From NCBI GenBank assembly GCA_963422395.1, contig OY729431.1:256001-320000 (forward strand): a stretch of DNA of 64,000 nt. The letters are read 5' to 3'. This document shows positions 27,201-36,342 of this stretch, one piece after another (the first letter of the stretch is position 1; every line of letters begins with the position of its first letter). Position numbers and translations under genes: made by a program. Source of the DNA: Vicinamibacteria bacterium (GTDB lineage: Bacteria; Acidobacteriota; Vicinamibacteria; Marinacidobacterales; Marinacidobacteraceae). The notes under the pieces were generated by a model, which did no database searches, had not been told where the DNA came from, and saw nothing but the letters and a program-made list of their open reading frames with translations.

Positions 27201-27308
27201 GCGCTCGCCGAGTCGGTCGTCGGCAACGGAGAGAGCTGGCTGACCTCGCTTTCGGGCGCGACCCTTCAGGACCTGCTGGCGCTGGCCCCCGAGGCGGTCG
27301 CCGAATGA
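24213..27308 (+). CDS. SNF2-family helicase/ATPase
   Basis: LRPYQ, LADDMGLGKT, DEAQ, LTGTPLEN, SGK, GLNLT and WNPAVENQATDRVFRIGQ motifs. The frame stays open and protein-like upstream of the ORF-track start (LHFWA...SLRFWALACRF...LARGRFHP). The CTG start is inferred. Confidence 0.92.
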   Translation: MSRPSPPFRLEATLTRADCLHFWAKDATAPAVTAWIHERIGDRGPVLWKPPASESGKNRDRSPGPGLSLGPLAAAALLAATVPPPGIADGRTDSLRFWALACRFLFGLLARGRFHPAIGRRGFDGSSLWCADLDSGRRALDALSLAAPKRAMAGLDPETAISAYLVRLGDAVVRDAGRRLGWAPRPSGSSEDRRDLLGVVLDDLFAGSSAGFEDQDERSLRRAGRAVGASPGGAPAAVGAARLVFALQPPEENAASGPEEAESDSWRIRFLLADPRFEELGARAVGNGSSPVSSAGVRSIAEVWSAASAAENLRRFGIANPAVPLLEGLGRAAKAWPVLERGLAESTPEEIVVSVTEAYDFLHEGQDALVREGFEVRIPPSLAGQRKRKPTLRLTVRPIDDSQRPRADHRSAGSGDADGRFVSSVGLDALVEYSWQVEIGDRCWSLEEFRQLTRGKRQLLLADEGWVALDRDSVDQLFSEAARRRARTGRSPLLRDALRERLRLSPAPGALFDEEESPVLSRIEGEAWIGSLFRALEAAAEELGPLDPPAGLRTELRPYQRVGYTWLRLLADHRLGGCLADDMGLGKTCQALTFLLGEQEAGRLTRPWLLVCPNSIVANWRKEAERFAPSLRLHVRQGAGRSRGADFRKALEESDLVVCSFGIVHRDLDELGEIRWGGLIVDEAQNLKNSGAKQTRAVRRLEAPIRFALTGTPLENRLTDLWSIMEVLNPGFLGSERTFRRTFTAAVEGARDQDATAQLRRLVRPFVLRRLKTDPKVIQDLPAKHQARVYCNLTPEQAALYRVAVDRCLERIGRDTGFARRGEILRTLTRLKQICNHPENFLGAGGALAGRSGKLTRLVEILTEVLQQGERALVFTQFAEMAKLLGPYLSELLSVEIPVLHGGVAISARDEIVTRFQEAPDPPPVLVLSLRTGGYGLNLTRASHVVHYDRWWNPAVENQATDRVFRIGQRQRVLVHKFLCTGTLEERIADLLERKSALAESVVGNGESWLTSLSGATLQDLLALAPEAVAE

Positions 27309-28132
27309 AAGAAGATGCGCTCCCGTGGTGGGCGGCTGATTTCCTGCGCGCGGCCGGAGCCGGCCCGGAGAACGGCACGCGCGGCCTCGCGCGCGGCTCG
27401 GTCACCATCGTTCCCGGGGAGGCGACCGCGCTCGTCGAGGGGCGGGGGTTCCGGCCGAACCGGGTGCGTTTGCGGACGAGCACCTTCGATTGCCGGAAGT
27501 GGGATGCCTTTTTCGACCTGTTCGCCGGACAGGCTCTCTATCCGGCGGCGCTCCTGGCCGGCTACCTGCCCCGTTCGGCCAAGTCGGATCTCGCCCGACT
27601 CGGAGTGCGCCTCGTCCCCTCGGCGAGTCGTCTCTCGAGGGAGCCCGAGGCCTGTCCGCGGGACGCCGCGAATACGGCCATCCGGCTGATCGCGGAGCGG
27701 TTCGCTGAGGATCCGTTCCATCTCCTCCACTTTCGGGGTGCCGACCGCCCCACCGTTTTCGCCGAAATCGCCCGGCACTGGAATGCGGCTGGCGGCGAGA
27801 GCGGACCCGCGATCGCGCTGGATGAACTCGAGGAGATCCTCGATCGGCCCCCCGGCGCCGCGGACGGCGGGTCGCTCCTTCCCCAGGTGCAGCGCGCTGA
27901 GGCGTTCCGGGACGATCCGATCCTGCGTGCGAACCTCGCACGCCTCTACATGAAGGTCGCCGAACGGACTGCGGCGATCAAGTTGCGGCGCGCCCCGGGT
28001 CCGGCAGAGCACCAGCCCGAAGAGCGCCAGAACGCGGCCCTCCCGCGGGAGCATCGACCGGAAGCGGTTCACTCGTCGTCCCATTCCCATCGTTCGGCGT
28101 TTCGAATAGCGTCCCGCCGGGCCAGGAAGTAG
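27305..28132 (+). CDS. SWIM-type SNF2 partner protein lacking the zinc ligands
   Basis: ATGA overlap with the helicase stop. PWWA...AALLAG.LP...LVP...LIAERFAEDPFHLLHFRG is typical of SWIM partners. Confidence 0.7.
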   Translation: MKEDALPWWAADFLRAAGAGPENGTRGLARGSVTIVPGEATALVEGRGFRPNRVRLRTSTFDCRKWDAFFDLFAGQALYPAALLAGYLPRSAKSDLARLGVRLVPSASRLSREPEACPRDAANTAIRLIAERFAEDPFHLLHFRGADRPTVFAEIARHWNAAGGESGPAIALDELEEILDRPPGAADGGSLLPQVQRAEAFRDDPILRANLARLYMKVAERTAAIKLRRAPGPAEHQPEERQNAALPREHRPEAVHSSSHSHRSAFRIASRRARK

Positions 28133-29001
28133 GCGAGCCCGAGACAGATCCCGAAGAAAAGCCCGATTCCGTGCGCCCGATAGCTCACCTCGGGCCGGAT
28201 GGAGGTGGGAACCAGCACCACGAGAAAAAACCCCACCACCCGCACGATCCGCTTCCCCAGCGAAAGTCGCCGCTCCACCAGCACATACAGAGTGAGCCAG
28301 CTGCCGGCGAGCAGGTACAGCAGCCCGGACGCGCCCACCACCCGGATGTTGGGCGGATATCCCTCGAGGGTCACCGCGAGCGACAGCGCCGCCGCGGGAA
28401 TCGCGGCCCAAGGGTAGAGGCTCTGCCCGAACGCTCCAAAGGAAAGATAGATGAGCCAGGTCAGGAACACCGCGTTCGAGAGCAGGTGGATCGCATCTGC
28501 ATGGGCGGCCATCGAGGTCAGGAGCCGCCAGGTCTCGCCCCGCGCGAAGACCGTATCGCCGCTCGCCGGAAGCGCCTCGGCGAGGCCCGGCGGCCCCCAC
28601 CAATAGAGAGTGCTGACCGCGAGGATCACTCCGAGCGTCCACCCGACCGCGAGGGCCGCACTCCGCCCAGGCTTGCGCGAAAGCAGCGTCGAGACGACCG
28701 CCGGTTCGGAAAACCGGACCTCCGACCGTTCCCCGGGCCCCCCGAAGGCGCGCCGCAGTTCTCCAGCCTGTGGATACTCCCCGTCCTCTTCTTCTTCCGC
28801 TGAGAGGAAATCACTTTCCGATTCGATGTTGAACATCGTCTCGAACGAGTCGGCGCGCTCTCCCGAGTCCGGCTCCGCTTCTTCGACCACGGGCCCGTCT
28901 TCGTCGGGTTCCCCGCCGTTCCCGATCCAGTCCGCGGCGGTCGAGAGCCTCGAGGGCTGCCCCCGCAGGCCGCCGGGCTTCTTCCTGCGCCAGCGAATCA
29001 C
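28069..29001 (-). CDS. Rhomboid family intramembrane serine protease with an acidic N-terminal extension
   Basis: [24 protein letters not shown] (catalytic Ser) and AHGIGLFFG (catalytic His). GTG start inferred. Confidence 0.88.
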   Translation of the reverse strand: MIRWRRKKPGGLRGQPSRLSTAADWIGNGGEPDEDGPVVEEAEPDSGERADSFETMFNIESESDFLSAEEEEDGEYPQAGELRRAFGGPGERSEVRFSEPAVVSTLLSRKPGRSAALAVGWTLGVILAVSTLYWWGPPGLAEALPASGDTVFARGETWRLLTSMAAHADAIHLLSNAVFLTWLIYLSFGAFGQSLYPWAAIPAAALSLAVTLEGYPPNIRVVGASGLLYLLAGSWLTLYVLVERRLSLGKRIVRVVGFFLVVLVPTSIRPEVSYRAHGIGLFFGICLGLAYFLARRDAIRNAERWEWDDE

Positions 29002-29061
29002 GACCCGAGTATTCTCCCGCGCCCCGGCGGCTCCGCTTTCGCCGTGTTCCAGGCTTCCGTC

Positions 29062-30276
29062 ATGCCGAACTGCATCGCTCTCGCCTATTCCGGAGGCTTG
29101 GACACCTCCTGCGCGATTCCCTGGCTGAAAGAGCGATACGGTGCCGAGGTCCTCGCCGTGGTCGCCGATGTGGGCCAGAACGAAGACCTCGAGGCCGCCT
29201 CGCAAAAGGCCCTCGCCTCCGGGGCTTCGGCGGTCTTCGTCGAGGACCTCCGGGAAGAGTTCGTCGGCAGCTATGTCTTTCCGGCAGTGCGCGCCGGAGC
29301 GGTGTACGAGGGCCGATACCTGCTCGGCACTTCGCTGGCTCGGCCGGTGATCGCCAAGAGGCAGGTCGAAATCGCCCGGCGCGAGGGCGCCGACGCGGTG
29401 GCCCACGGCTGCACCGGGAAGGGGAACGACCAGGTTCGCTTCGAACTCGCGTTCCACGCGCTCGCTCCCGACCTGGAGATCATCGCCCCCTGGCGTCTTT
29501 GGGACATCCGCTCTCGCGAAGATGCCCTCGCCTACGCGATGAGCCGCGGAGTGCCGGTGGAGCAGAAGACCGGAGACCTCTACAGCCGCGATCAGAACCT
29601 CTTCCATCTGAGCCATGAGGGCGAAGACCTCGAAGATCCCTGGAATCCGCCCCCGGCAGACCTCTTCCGCATCACGAAGGACCCGGGTGCGGCGGCCGCC
29701 CCGGCCGCCGAGACCGTCGAAGTCTCCTTCGAGGCGGGGATCCCGGCGGCAGTGAACGGCGAGGCGCTTTCGCCGGCGGCGCTGCTCACCCGGCTGAATG
29801 AAGCCGGCGCCCGGCACGGGGTGGGGCGGATCGATATCGTCGAGAACCGCCTGGTGGGGATGAAGTCCCGCGGCGTGTACGAAACTCCCGGCGGAACCGT
29901 CCTGCACGAGGCGCGCGCCGCGCTGCAGAGCCTCTGCCTCGACCGCGCGACCGACCACTTCGCCGCCGCCTGCTCGCTCCGCTACGCCGAACTCGTGTAC
30001 GACGGAAAATGGTTCTCGGCGCTCCGCGAGGCGCTCGACGGCTTCTTCGCCGAAGCCCACCGCAATACCACCGGGACCGTCCGCGTCCGGCTGTTTCGCG
30101 GCGTTGCGCAGGCGGTGGGACGGAAGAGCCCGAAGAGCCTCTATCGGGAGGACTTCGCCACCTTCGGCGCCGACGAGGTGTACCGGCAGGCGGACGCCGA
30201 GGGTTTCATTCGCCTCTTCGGCCTCCCCGAGCGCATCCGGCGCCTCTCCTCCCCGGACCCGCCGGAGGAAACATGA
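29062..30276 (+). CDS. argG: Argininosuccinate synthase
   Basis: [25 protein letters not shown] and [17 protein letters not shown] motifs. Confidence 0.97.
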   Translation: MPNCIALAYSGGLDTSCAIPWLKERYGAEVLAVVADVGQNEDLEAASQKALASGASAVFVEDLREEFVGSYVFPAVRAGAVYEGRYLLGTSLARPVIAKRQVEIARREGADAVAHGCTGKGNDQVRFELAFHALAPDLEIIAPWRLWDIRSREDALAYAMSRGVPVEQKTGDLYSRDQNLFHLSHEGEDLEDPWNPPPADLFRITKDPGAAAAPAAETVEVSFEAGIPAAVNGEALSPAALLTRLNEAGARHGVGRIDIVENRLVGMKSRGVYETPGGTVLHEARAALQSLCLDRATDHFAAACSLRYAELVYDGKWFSALREALDGFFAEAHRNTTGTVRVRLFRGVAQAVGRKSPKSLYREDFATFGADEVYRQADAEGFIRLFGLPERIRRLSSPDPPEET

Positions 30277-31631
30277 AGCTTTGGGGGGGGCGCTTCTCCG
30301 CTCCGCCCGCAGAGGCGCTCGACCGGCTGGGGAAGTCGGTCTCCTTCGATCGGCGGCTCTACGCGGAGGAGATCCGGGTCAACCAGGCGTACGCCCGCGC
30401 TCTCGCCGGCGCCGGAGTGCTCGCCGGCGCCGAACGGGATCGGATCCTCGCGGGCCTCGATCGTGTGAGAGAAGCGCTCGCCGCGGATCCGCCGCCGCCG
30501 CTGGACGACGAGGACATCCACACCGCGGTGGAGCGGCTGCTCTTCGCGGAGATCGGCGATCTGGCCCGCAAGCTCCCCGCCGGCCGGAGCCGCAACGACC
30601 TGTCGCAGACCGGGTTCCGCTTGTATCTCCAGGAGGCCGCGGTCTCGCTGGCGGCGGCGCTCGACCTTCTCCGGCAGGCACTTTTCACCCGTGCCGAAGA
30701 GAGCGCGGCGGTGCTCGTTCCCGGCTATACCCACCTGCAACGCGCCCAGCCGGTGGTGTTCGGACACCTCCTGCTCGCCCACTTCTGGGCGTTCACCCGC
30801 GACCGCGACCGCCTCGCCGCCGCCAGGCAGCGGGCGGGGGCATCGCCGATGGGCGCCGGCGCTCTCGCCGGAAATCCGTATCCGGTAGATCGGCAGGCCA
30901 TCGCCGACGAGCTGGGATTTTCCGAAGTTCTCGAAAACAGTGTGGATGCAGTGGGTGCTCGCGACTATGCGATGGAGTTCCTCGCCGCCGGCGCCATCCT
31001 CGGAGTACACCTCTCCCGGCTCGCCGAGGACCTGGTCCTCTGGTCCTCCGCGGAGTTCGGCTTCGTGCGCCTCCACGACAGTTTTTCCACCGGGTCGAGT
31101 CTGATGCCCCAGAAGCGCAACCCCGACGGGTTCGAGCTGATCCGGGGGAAGGCTGGCCGCCTGACGGGCAATCTCGTCGCCCTTCTCACCGTCGGCAAGG
31201 GCCTCGCCTCCGGCTACCAGCGCGACCTCCAGGAGGACAAGGAGCCCTGTTTCGACACCGTGGACACCCTCGAGTTGACGATTCCGGCGGCAGCCGGTGC
31301 GATCTCCACCCTGCAGTTTCGAGAAGACGCCATGCGCGCCGCGCTCTCCTGGGATCTGCTCGCGACCGATCTCGCCGAGTACCTCGTGGAGCGCAGCGTC
31401 TCCTTTCGCGATGCCCATCGGGTCGCCGGCGAAATCTTCGCCCACTGCGAGCGGGAGTCCGTCGAGCCGCCCGATCTCGACCTCGCTGCCCTGCGGGCCT
31501 TCTCCCCGGCCTTCGATGACCAAGTGGAGAAGATCTGGGATTACTCGGCTTCGGTCGCGCGGCGGAGCGCCCGGGGCGGGACCGGTGCGGTCCGCGCGCA
31601 ACTGGAGATCGCGCGCAGCACGCTCTGCTGA
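30273..31631 (+). CDS. argH: Argininosuccinate lyase
   Basis: [29 protein letters not shown] and [12 protein letters not shown] motifs. ATGA overlap with argG. Confidence 0.97.
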   Translation: MKLWGGRFSAPPAEALDRLGKSVSFDRRLYAEEIRVNQAYARALAGAGVLAGAERDRILAGLDRVREALAADPPPPLDDEDIHTAVERLLFAEIGDLARKLPAGRSRNDLSQTGFRLYLQEAAVSLAAALDLLRQALFTRAEESAAVLVPGYTHLQRAQPVVFGHLLLAHFWAFTRDRDRLAAARQRAGASPMGAGALAGNPYPVDRQAIADELGFSEVLENSVDAVGARDYAMEFLAAGAILGVHLSRLAEDLVLWSSAEFGFVRLHDSFSTGSSLMPQKRNPDGFELIRGKAGRLTGNLVALLTVGKGLASGYQRDLQEDKEPCFDTVDTLELTIPAAAGAISTLQFREDAMRAALSWDLLATDLAEYLVERSVSFRDAHRVAGEIFAHCERESVEPPDLDLAALRAFSPAFDDQVEKIWDYSASVARRSARGGTGAVRAQLEIARSTLC

Positions 31632-31691
31632 CCGCATTCGCGAAGTCATGCCGAAAGCGTCGGGATGCCCCGCGACACCCGGGGGGAAGGC

Positions 31692-33011
31692 TTATCGAAC
31701 CCCGATCGCGGAGAGCGCGGCCTCGAAGCGCCGGCTGGCGGCGTCGTCCTCGAGAAACCGGATGAGTCCGCGCCGCAGCACCCGTTCGGCGTCGGGAAAG
31801 CTGCCTCCTTCCCGGAAGACTCGGGCGAGCAGCAGATGGCGTTCCGGTTCCGCGGGAAACTCGATGAGGAATCGCTGGGCGCCCCGGAGCGCGAGTCCGA
31901 TGTCGCCGTTCGAGAGCGCGTGGTTCACGAACACCTGGACCCGCGAGAAGTCGTCCGGCCGATGTTCCGCCTCGCCGAGAAGCCGCCCCGACTCGTTCGA
32001 AATCGCCTTTCGGCGCTCGAATTCGGTGAAAAGCCGCTCCGCCGCCTCCTGTTCTCCATCGCGCGCGAGGAGACGCGCGAGCGCGATGCGCGCTTCGTTC
32101 AGCGCCGGATTCTCGTCGAGCGCCCGCCCGAGTGCCTCCCGGGCTGCTGCTCGCCTCCCTTCGCTCCGATACGCCCTTCCGAGCGCGAGCCATGCCTCGG
32201 CGTTGTCCGGCGCCGCCCGGACGACCGCTTCCAGGATCGGCAGCGCCTCCCCGGCCCCCCCCTGCCGGACGAGGATCCGCGCCAGCCGAAACGCCGCCGG
32301 CCCCGCGGAACCGTTCGCCTCCATCAGTCTGCGGAGGCTGTCCAGCGCTTCGCTGCCCCGTCCCGTGCTGTCGAGCAATTCTGCGCGGAGCAGGAGCGCC
32401 GTCGGATTCTCCGGCTCTTCCCGCAGCAGCGCTTCGGTCAGAGCGAACGCCTCCTCCGTCCGCCGGGTTCGGGCGAGGACGACCGCTCTCCCGTGCCTCG
32501 CTCCCGGATGTTCGGGGTGGCGGCCGAAGCGGGCCAGGGCGAGTTCGTTCGACCGCAGTTCAGCCAGCATCCTTCCTGCTTCGAGGTCGGCGTTCTCCGC
32601 GGAGTGCGGATTCGCTGCCGCCGCCCGGTCGAAGGCCTCGAGGGCATCGAGCGGGCGGAACGCCCGCCGGAGCAGTACCCCCGCGGCGACCCAGCCGTCA
32701 CTGCCCAGGCCGTCCGCAGCGGAAACGACTGCCTCCACGAGGTCCGAACGGGGCGCCGCCCTGCGCGCCAGCTGCCATAAACCCGTTCGCCCGCCCGACG
32801 ATTCCGGGTCCGCTGCGAACGCCGCGACGAGCGCTTCCACCGCACGGGCGGCGTCTTGTTCTTCCGCGAAGAGCCGCTGCGCCTCGACGGCGGGAGGTGC
32901 GGATGCGAGTCCCCCGGCGAGCAATACGGGCACCGCTGCCAGGCGCCTACGGTTCGTTGGACTCTGGTTTCGGATCCTCGGAATTTCAGATCGCGGCATC
33001 CGTTGTCTCAT
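31692..33011 (-). CDS. Secreted tetratricopeptide repeat protein
   Basis: Signal-like N-terminus and repeated TPR units (APDNAEAWLALGRAY, NPALNEARIALARLL). Confidence 0.8.
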   Translation of the reverse strand: MRQRMPRSEIPRIRNQSPTNRRRLAAVPVLLAGGLASAPPAVEAQRLFAEEQDAARAVEALVAAFAADPESSGGRTGLWQLARRAAPRSDLVEAVVSAADGLGSDGWVAAGVLLRRAFRPLDALEAFDRAAAANPHSAENADLEAGRMLAELRSNELALARFGRHPEHPGARHGRAVVLARTRRTEEAFALTEALLREEPENPTALLLRAELLDSTGRGSEALDSLRRLMEANGSAGPAAFRLARILVRQGGAGEALPILEAVVRAAPDNAEAWLALGRAYRSEGRRAAAREALGRALDENPALNEARIALARLLARDGEQEAAERLFTEFERRKAISNESGRLLGEAEHRPDDFSRVQVFVNHALSNGDIGLALRGAQRFLIEFPAEPERHLLLARVFREGGSFPDAERVLRRGLIRFLEDDAASRRFEAALSAIGVR

Positions 33012-33247
33012 CGCGGAATTTTCCCCAACTCGTTGGAAAAATAATGGGATTGCGATCGGTTGGGCACACTCCGATCGTCGGTGTCGGCGGGGAATGATGC
33101 TTGCGTGATACCGTTCCCTGCCTTGATTTTCGACCCTGTTACGGCTTCATCGTGCCCATCAGCCGCGTCCTCACGGGGCGTTGGCCATGCTGGCTCGATC
33201 CCGGATTCGGTTCTTTCTTCGAAACTTGCCTCGTGAGGAGGTTCTCC

Positions 33248-36127
33248 ATGCGCAAGACTGCTTTTCCGGCCGTATTCCCGGCCGTATTCCTGGCCGTGCT
33301 CGCACTGCTTGCGACTCCGGCATTCGCCCAGCAGACCGGGACGGTCACGGGGACGGCGACGGATGAGCAGGGTGCGGTATTGCCTGGGGTGTCGGTGACG
33401 GTGGACAGCGAGGCGTTGATCGCGCCGCGGAGCACGACGACGGGGTCGGGAGGTTCGTACAGCCATCCGGCGCTTCCGCCGGGTGAGTATCGGGTTACTT
33501 TTGCGTTGTCGGGATTCCAGACGGTGGTTCAGGAAGGGGTCCGGGTGAGCGTGGCGCGGACGCTGGAGGTGAACGCGTCGATGGGGATTTCGGGTGTCGA
33601 AGAGACGGTGACGGTGACGGGGGACGCCCCGGTGGTGGATGTGCGGAGCGCGACGATCCAGACGAACATCGAGCAGGAGTTGCTGGAGGCGGTACCGACG
33701 GGGCGGAACCCGTGGGTGATGGCGGGGCTGGTTCCGGGGATGGTGACGACCCGGATCGATGTAGGGGGGAGCAACGGGATGCAGCAGTACGGCATGGAGA
33801 TTTTCGGTTCTTCGGCGACGATGCAGAGTTTTCAGGTGGACGGTCTGAAGGTGAACTGGCCTGGTGGGACGGGCGGCTGGACGATGCAGTACTACGGATT
33901 TTCGATGTATGAGGAGTTCAACTTCCAGACCTCGACGCACACTGCGGAGTCGGACACCGGCGGGGTTTTGATGAACATGGTGGTGAAGTCTGGGGGGAAC
34001 GAGTTCAGCGGCGACGCGATCGGGCTGTACAACGCGACGGATCTCCAGGGGGAACCGGCGGAGGCGGGGGGTGCGCCGATCACGCGATCGTTGGACCTGA
34101 ACGGGACCCTCGGGGGCCCGATCGTGCGGGACCGGGCGTGGTTTTTCACTGCCTATCGGCACTGGGTGCACGATCAGGAGGTGACGGTGCCGGCGGACTA
34201 TGTGGGAGCGACGCCGGTGGACGACAATCGGATACGGAATCTTTCGGGGAAGTTGACTTGGCAGGCGAGTGACAACGATCGCCTTTTCGTGACGCTGCAG
34301 CGGAACTGGAAGCAGCGTTTTCACCGGCGGGACAGCCCGTACACGGCGGTTCCGGACGATCTCGCCCGGTTCCAGGACCAGTGGGCCGACAACGCCATCC
34401 TGTCCTACAACCGGGTGCTGGGCGATGCGGCGCTGCTGGATCTCCGCTTCGGGAGGATGTGGGGAACCACTCCGTACATTCTGTATTCCGAGTATTGCGG
34501 GGTTCCGGTGGACGAGTATCCGGACGCCCGCCCCTGTACCGAGAACGACATATCGGTCATCGACCCGGTGCGTGCGGAGCAGTTCAACGCGGATCGGCGT
34601 GGGGAGTATTGGAACCCGAACTACCGCAACCAGTTCAACGGCTCGCTGACCTACTACCTGGACACGGCATCAGGCTCGCACAACTTCAAGGTCGGGGCTC
34701 AGGCGTCGCGAGAGGGGATGGACACCCGGACCTTCAAGAGCGGTGATGCGTATGGCGAGCTGAGCGACGGCGAGCCGAGCCGGATCAACATTTCCAGGAC
34801 TCCGAACTTCAAGATGGAGAGGTTGAACACCTGGGGGGCGTTCATCCAGGATGCCTGGACGATCGGGGACCGGCTGACGCTGAACCTCGGGGTGCGGCTC
34901 GACGGGATCTATGGTTATGTTCCGGAGCAGAGCAGTCCGGCGGGGACTTGGACTGCGCTTTCGGACCAGCTCGCCGGGGACATTTTTTCGGTGAACAGCG
35001 AGATCACGGGGTTGCCGGACTGGCCGCTGAACATCGGCCCGCGGCTGAGCTTCGCCTACGACCTTTTCGGCGACGGCCGCGCGGCGCTGAAGGGTGGCTG
35101 GGGCCGTTACTACACGCAGATGGGGAGCGCGCTGCCAGCGAGCGCGAACCCGAACGGGGGGTCTTCCGCCTGGGTGGGTTGGAACGATCTGGACGGGGAC
35201 AAGCTGGTGGACATCGGGCCGTCGGGGACCCTGGCGGACAGCCCCGAGGTGGACCTGAGCAAGTTCGAGGGATTCACCGGGGGGGCGACCACGGTGTACG
35301 ACCGTGACGCGAACCGGCCGTACAGCGACGACATATCGCTGGGAGTGGACATGACGATGGGGTCGGATGTGTCGATCAGCGCGACGTACCATCGGCGCCA
35401 ACACCGGGATTCGCTGGGGGTTCTGAACCGGGCTCGCCCGCCGTCCGGCTACGAGCAGAGCAGTTTTTCCTGTTCCAACTGTCCGGAATCTTCCTATACG
35501 GTCTATGAGCTGAAGGATGAGTATCGCGGTCTCCAGGACAATGTGATCACGAGCATCGACAAGCTGCAGAGCAACTACAACGGGGTTGCGGTGCAGATCC
35601 AGAAGCGTTTTTCGAACCGCTGGCAGCTGCTGGGGGGGGCGACCTTTTCGAGCCACCGTGGGGTACCGCACGCGTTGCCCTGGGACAACACCGACTGGAA
35701 CAACCCGAACCGTGAGATCAACCGGCTTGACGGTGCGGTGCTGACGGATGTGCCGTGGGTATTCAATGTAGCGGGGAGCTACCTGGCCCCGTACGACATC
35801 CAGGTCGGCTGGAACTATCGAGCGAGGGCGGGGAACCCGCTGGTATCGACGGCGCGGGCGACGGGTCTGGTTCAGGGTTCGGAGTCGATCTACGCCTACG
35901 AGCGGGGCGACGAACGGACCGAGACGATCACGGATTTGCTGGACATCAACCTCCGCAAGGGTTTCGATCTCGAGGGTGTGCGGGTCGAGTTCGGCGCGGA
36001 CATGGCGAACATCTTCAACTCGCAGAAGGCGGACGCCTTGATCACCGGCTTCGGCTCGCGCTACCTGCAGCCGTCCCGCGTGCTGCCCCCGCGAATCTTC
36101 CGCTTCACCGCGAAACTGCTCTTCTGA
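33248..36127 (+). CDS. TonB-dependent receptor with N-terminal carboxypeptidase-regulatory-like domain
   Basis: GAGGAGG RBS, signal peptide, GTVTGTATDEQGAVLPGVSVTV, VKSGGNEFSG, GGPIVRDRAWFF, FIQDAWTIGDRLTLNLGVR and a terminal F. Confidence 0.92.
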   Translation: MRKTAFPAVFPAVFLAVLALLATPAFAQQTGTVTGTATDEQGAVLPGVSVTVDSEALIAPRSTTTGSGGSYSHPALPPGEYRVTFALSGFQTVVQEGVRVSVARTLEVNASMGISGVEETVTVTGDAPVVDVRSATIQTNIEQELLEAVPTGRNPWVMAGLVPGMVTTRIDVGGSNGMQQYGMEIFGSSATMQSFQVDGLKVNWPGGTGGWTMQYYGFSMYEEFNFQTSTHTAESDTGGVLMNMVVKSGGNEFSGDAIGLYNATDLQGEPAEAGGAPITRSLDLNGTLGGPIVRDRAWFFTAYRHWVHDQEVTVPADYVGATPVDDNRIRNLSGKLTWQASDNDRLFVTLQRNWKQRFHRRDSPYTAVPDDLARFQDQWADNAILSYNRVLGDAALLDLRFGRMWGTTPYILYSEYCGVPVDEYPDARPCTENDISVIDPVRAEQFNADRRGEYWNPNYRNQFNGSLTYYLDTASGSHNFKVGAQASREGMDTRTFKSGDAYGELSDGEPSRINISRTPNFKMERLNTWGAFIQDAWTIGDRLTLNLGVRLDGIYGYVPEQSSPAGTWTALSDQLAGDIFSVNSEITGLPDWPLNIGPRLSFAYDLFGDGRAALKGGWGRYYTQMGSALPASANPNGGSSAWVGWNDLDGDKLVDIGPSGTLADSPEVDLSKFEGFTGGATTVYDRDANRPYSDDISLGVDMTMGSDVSISATYHRRQHRDSLGVLNRARPPSGYEQSSFSCSNCPESSYTVYELKDEYRGLQDNVITSIDKLQSNYNGVAVQIQKRFSNRWQLLGGATFSSHRGVPHALPWDNTDWNNPNREINRLDGAVLTDVPWVFNVAGSYLAPYDIQVGWNYRARAGNPLVSTARATGLVQGSESIYAYERGDERTETITDLLDINLRKGFDLEGVRVEFGADMANIFNSQKADALITGFGSRYLQPSRVLPPRIFRFTAKLLF
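33263..33298 (+). repeat. 3 x 12-bp imperfect in-frame tandem repeat in the signal peptide
   Basis: TTTCCGGCCGTA TTCCCGGCCGTA TTCCTGGCCGTG, encoding FPAV FPAV FLAV. Confidence 0.8.
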
Positions 36128-36342
36128 GCTGATTCGATCTTTTCCCCATCGGCGGACGCGGCCGTATCCTTCGATGGGGTTTCGAGAACGGGGCGGTGTT
36201 GCGGCGTTCTCTCGGCACCGCCGGGTGACTTCGGAACCGAGTTGCTAACAGCAGTTCGGCGCGCAAACAGTGGGCTCCACTGGAGCGCCTCTCGAGGTTC
36301 GTTGCCGACGGGGCCAGCACGACGGCAAAGGGGAGCCGTCAG

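Noticed and set aside
29002-30060. Long N-terminal extension of the rhomboid ORF
   Set aside because: It is antisense to argG.
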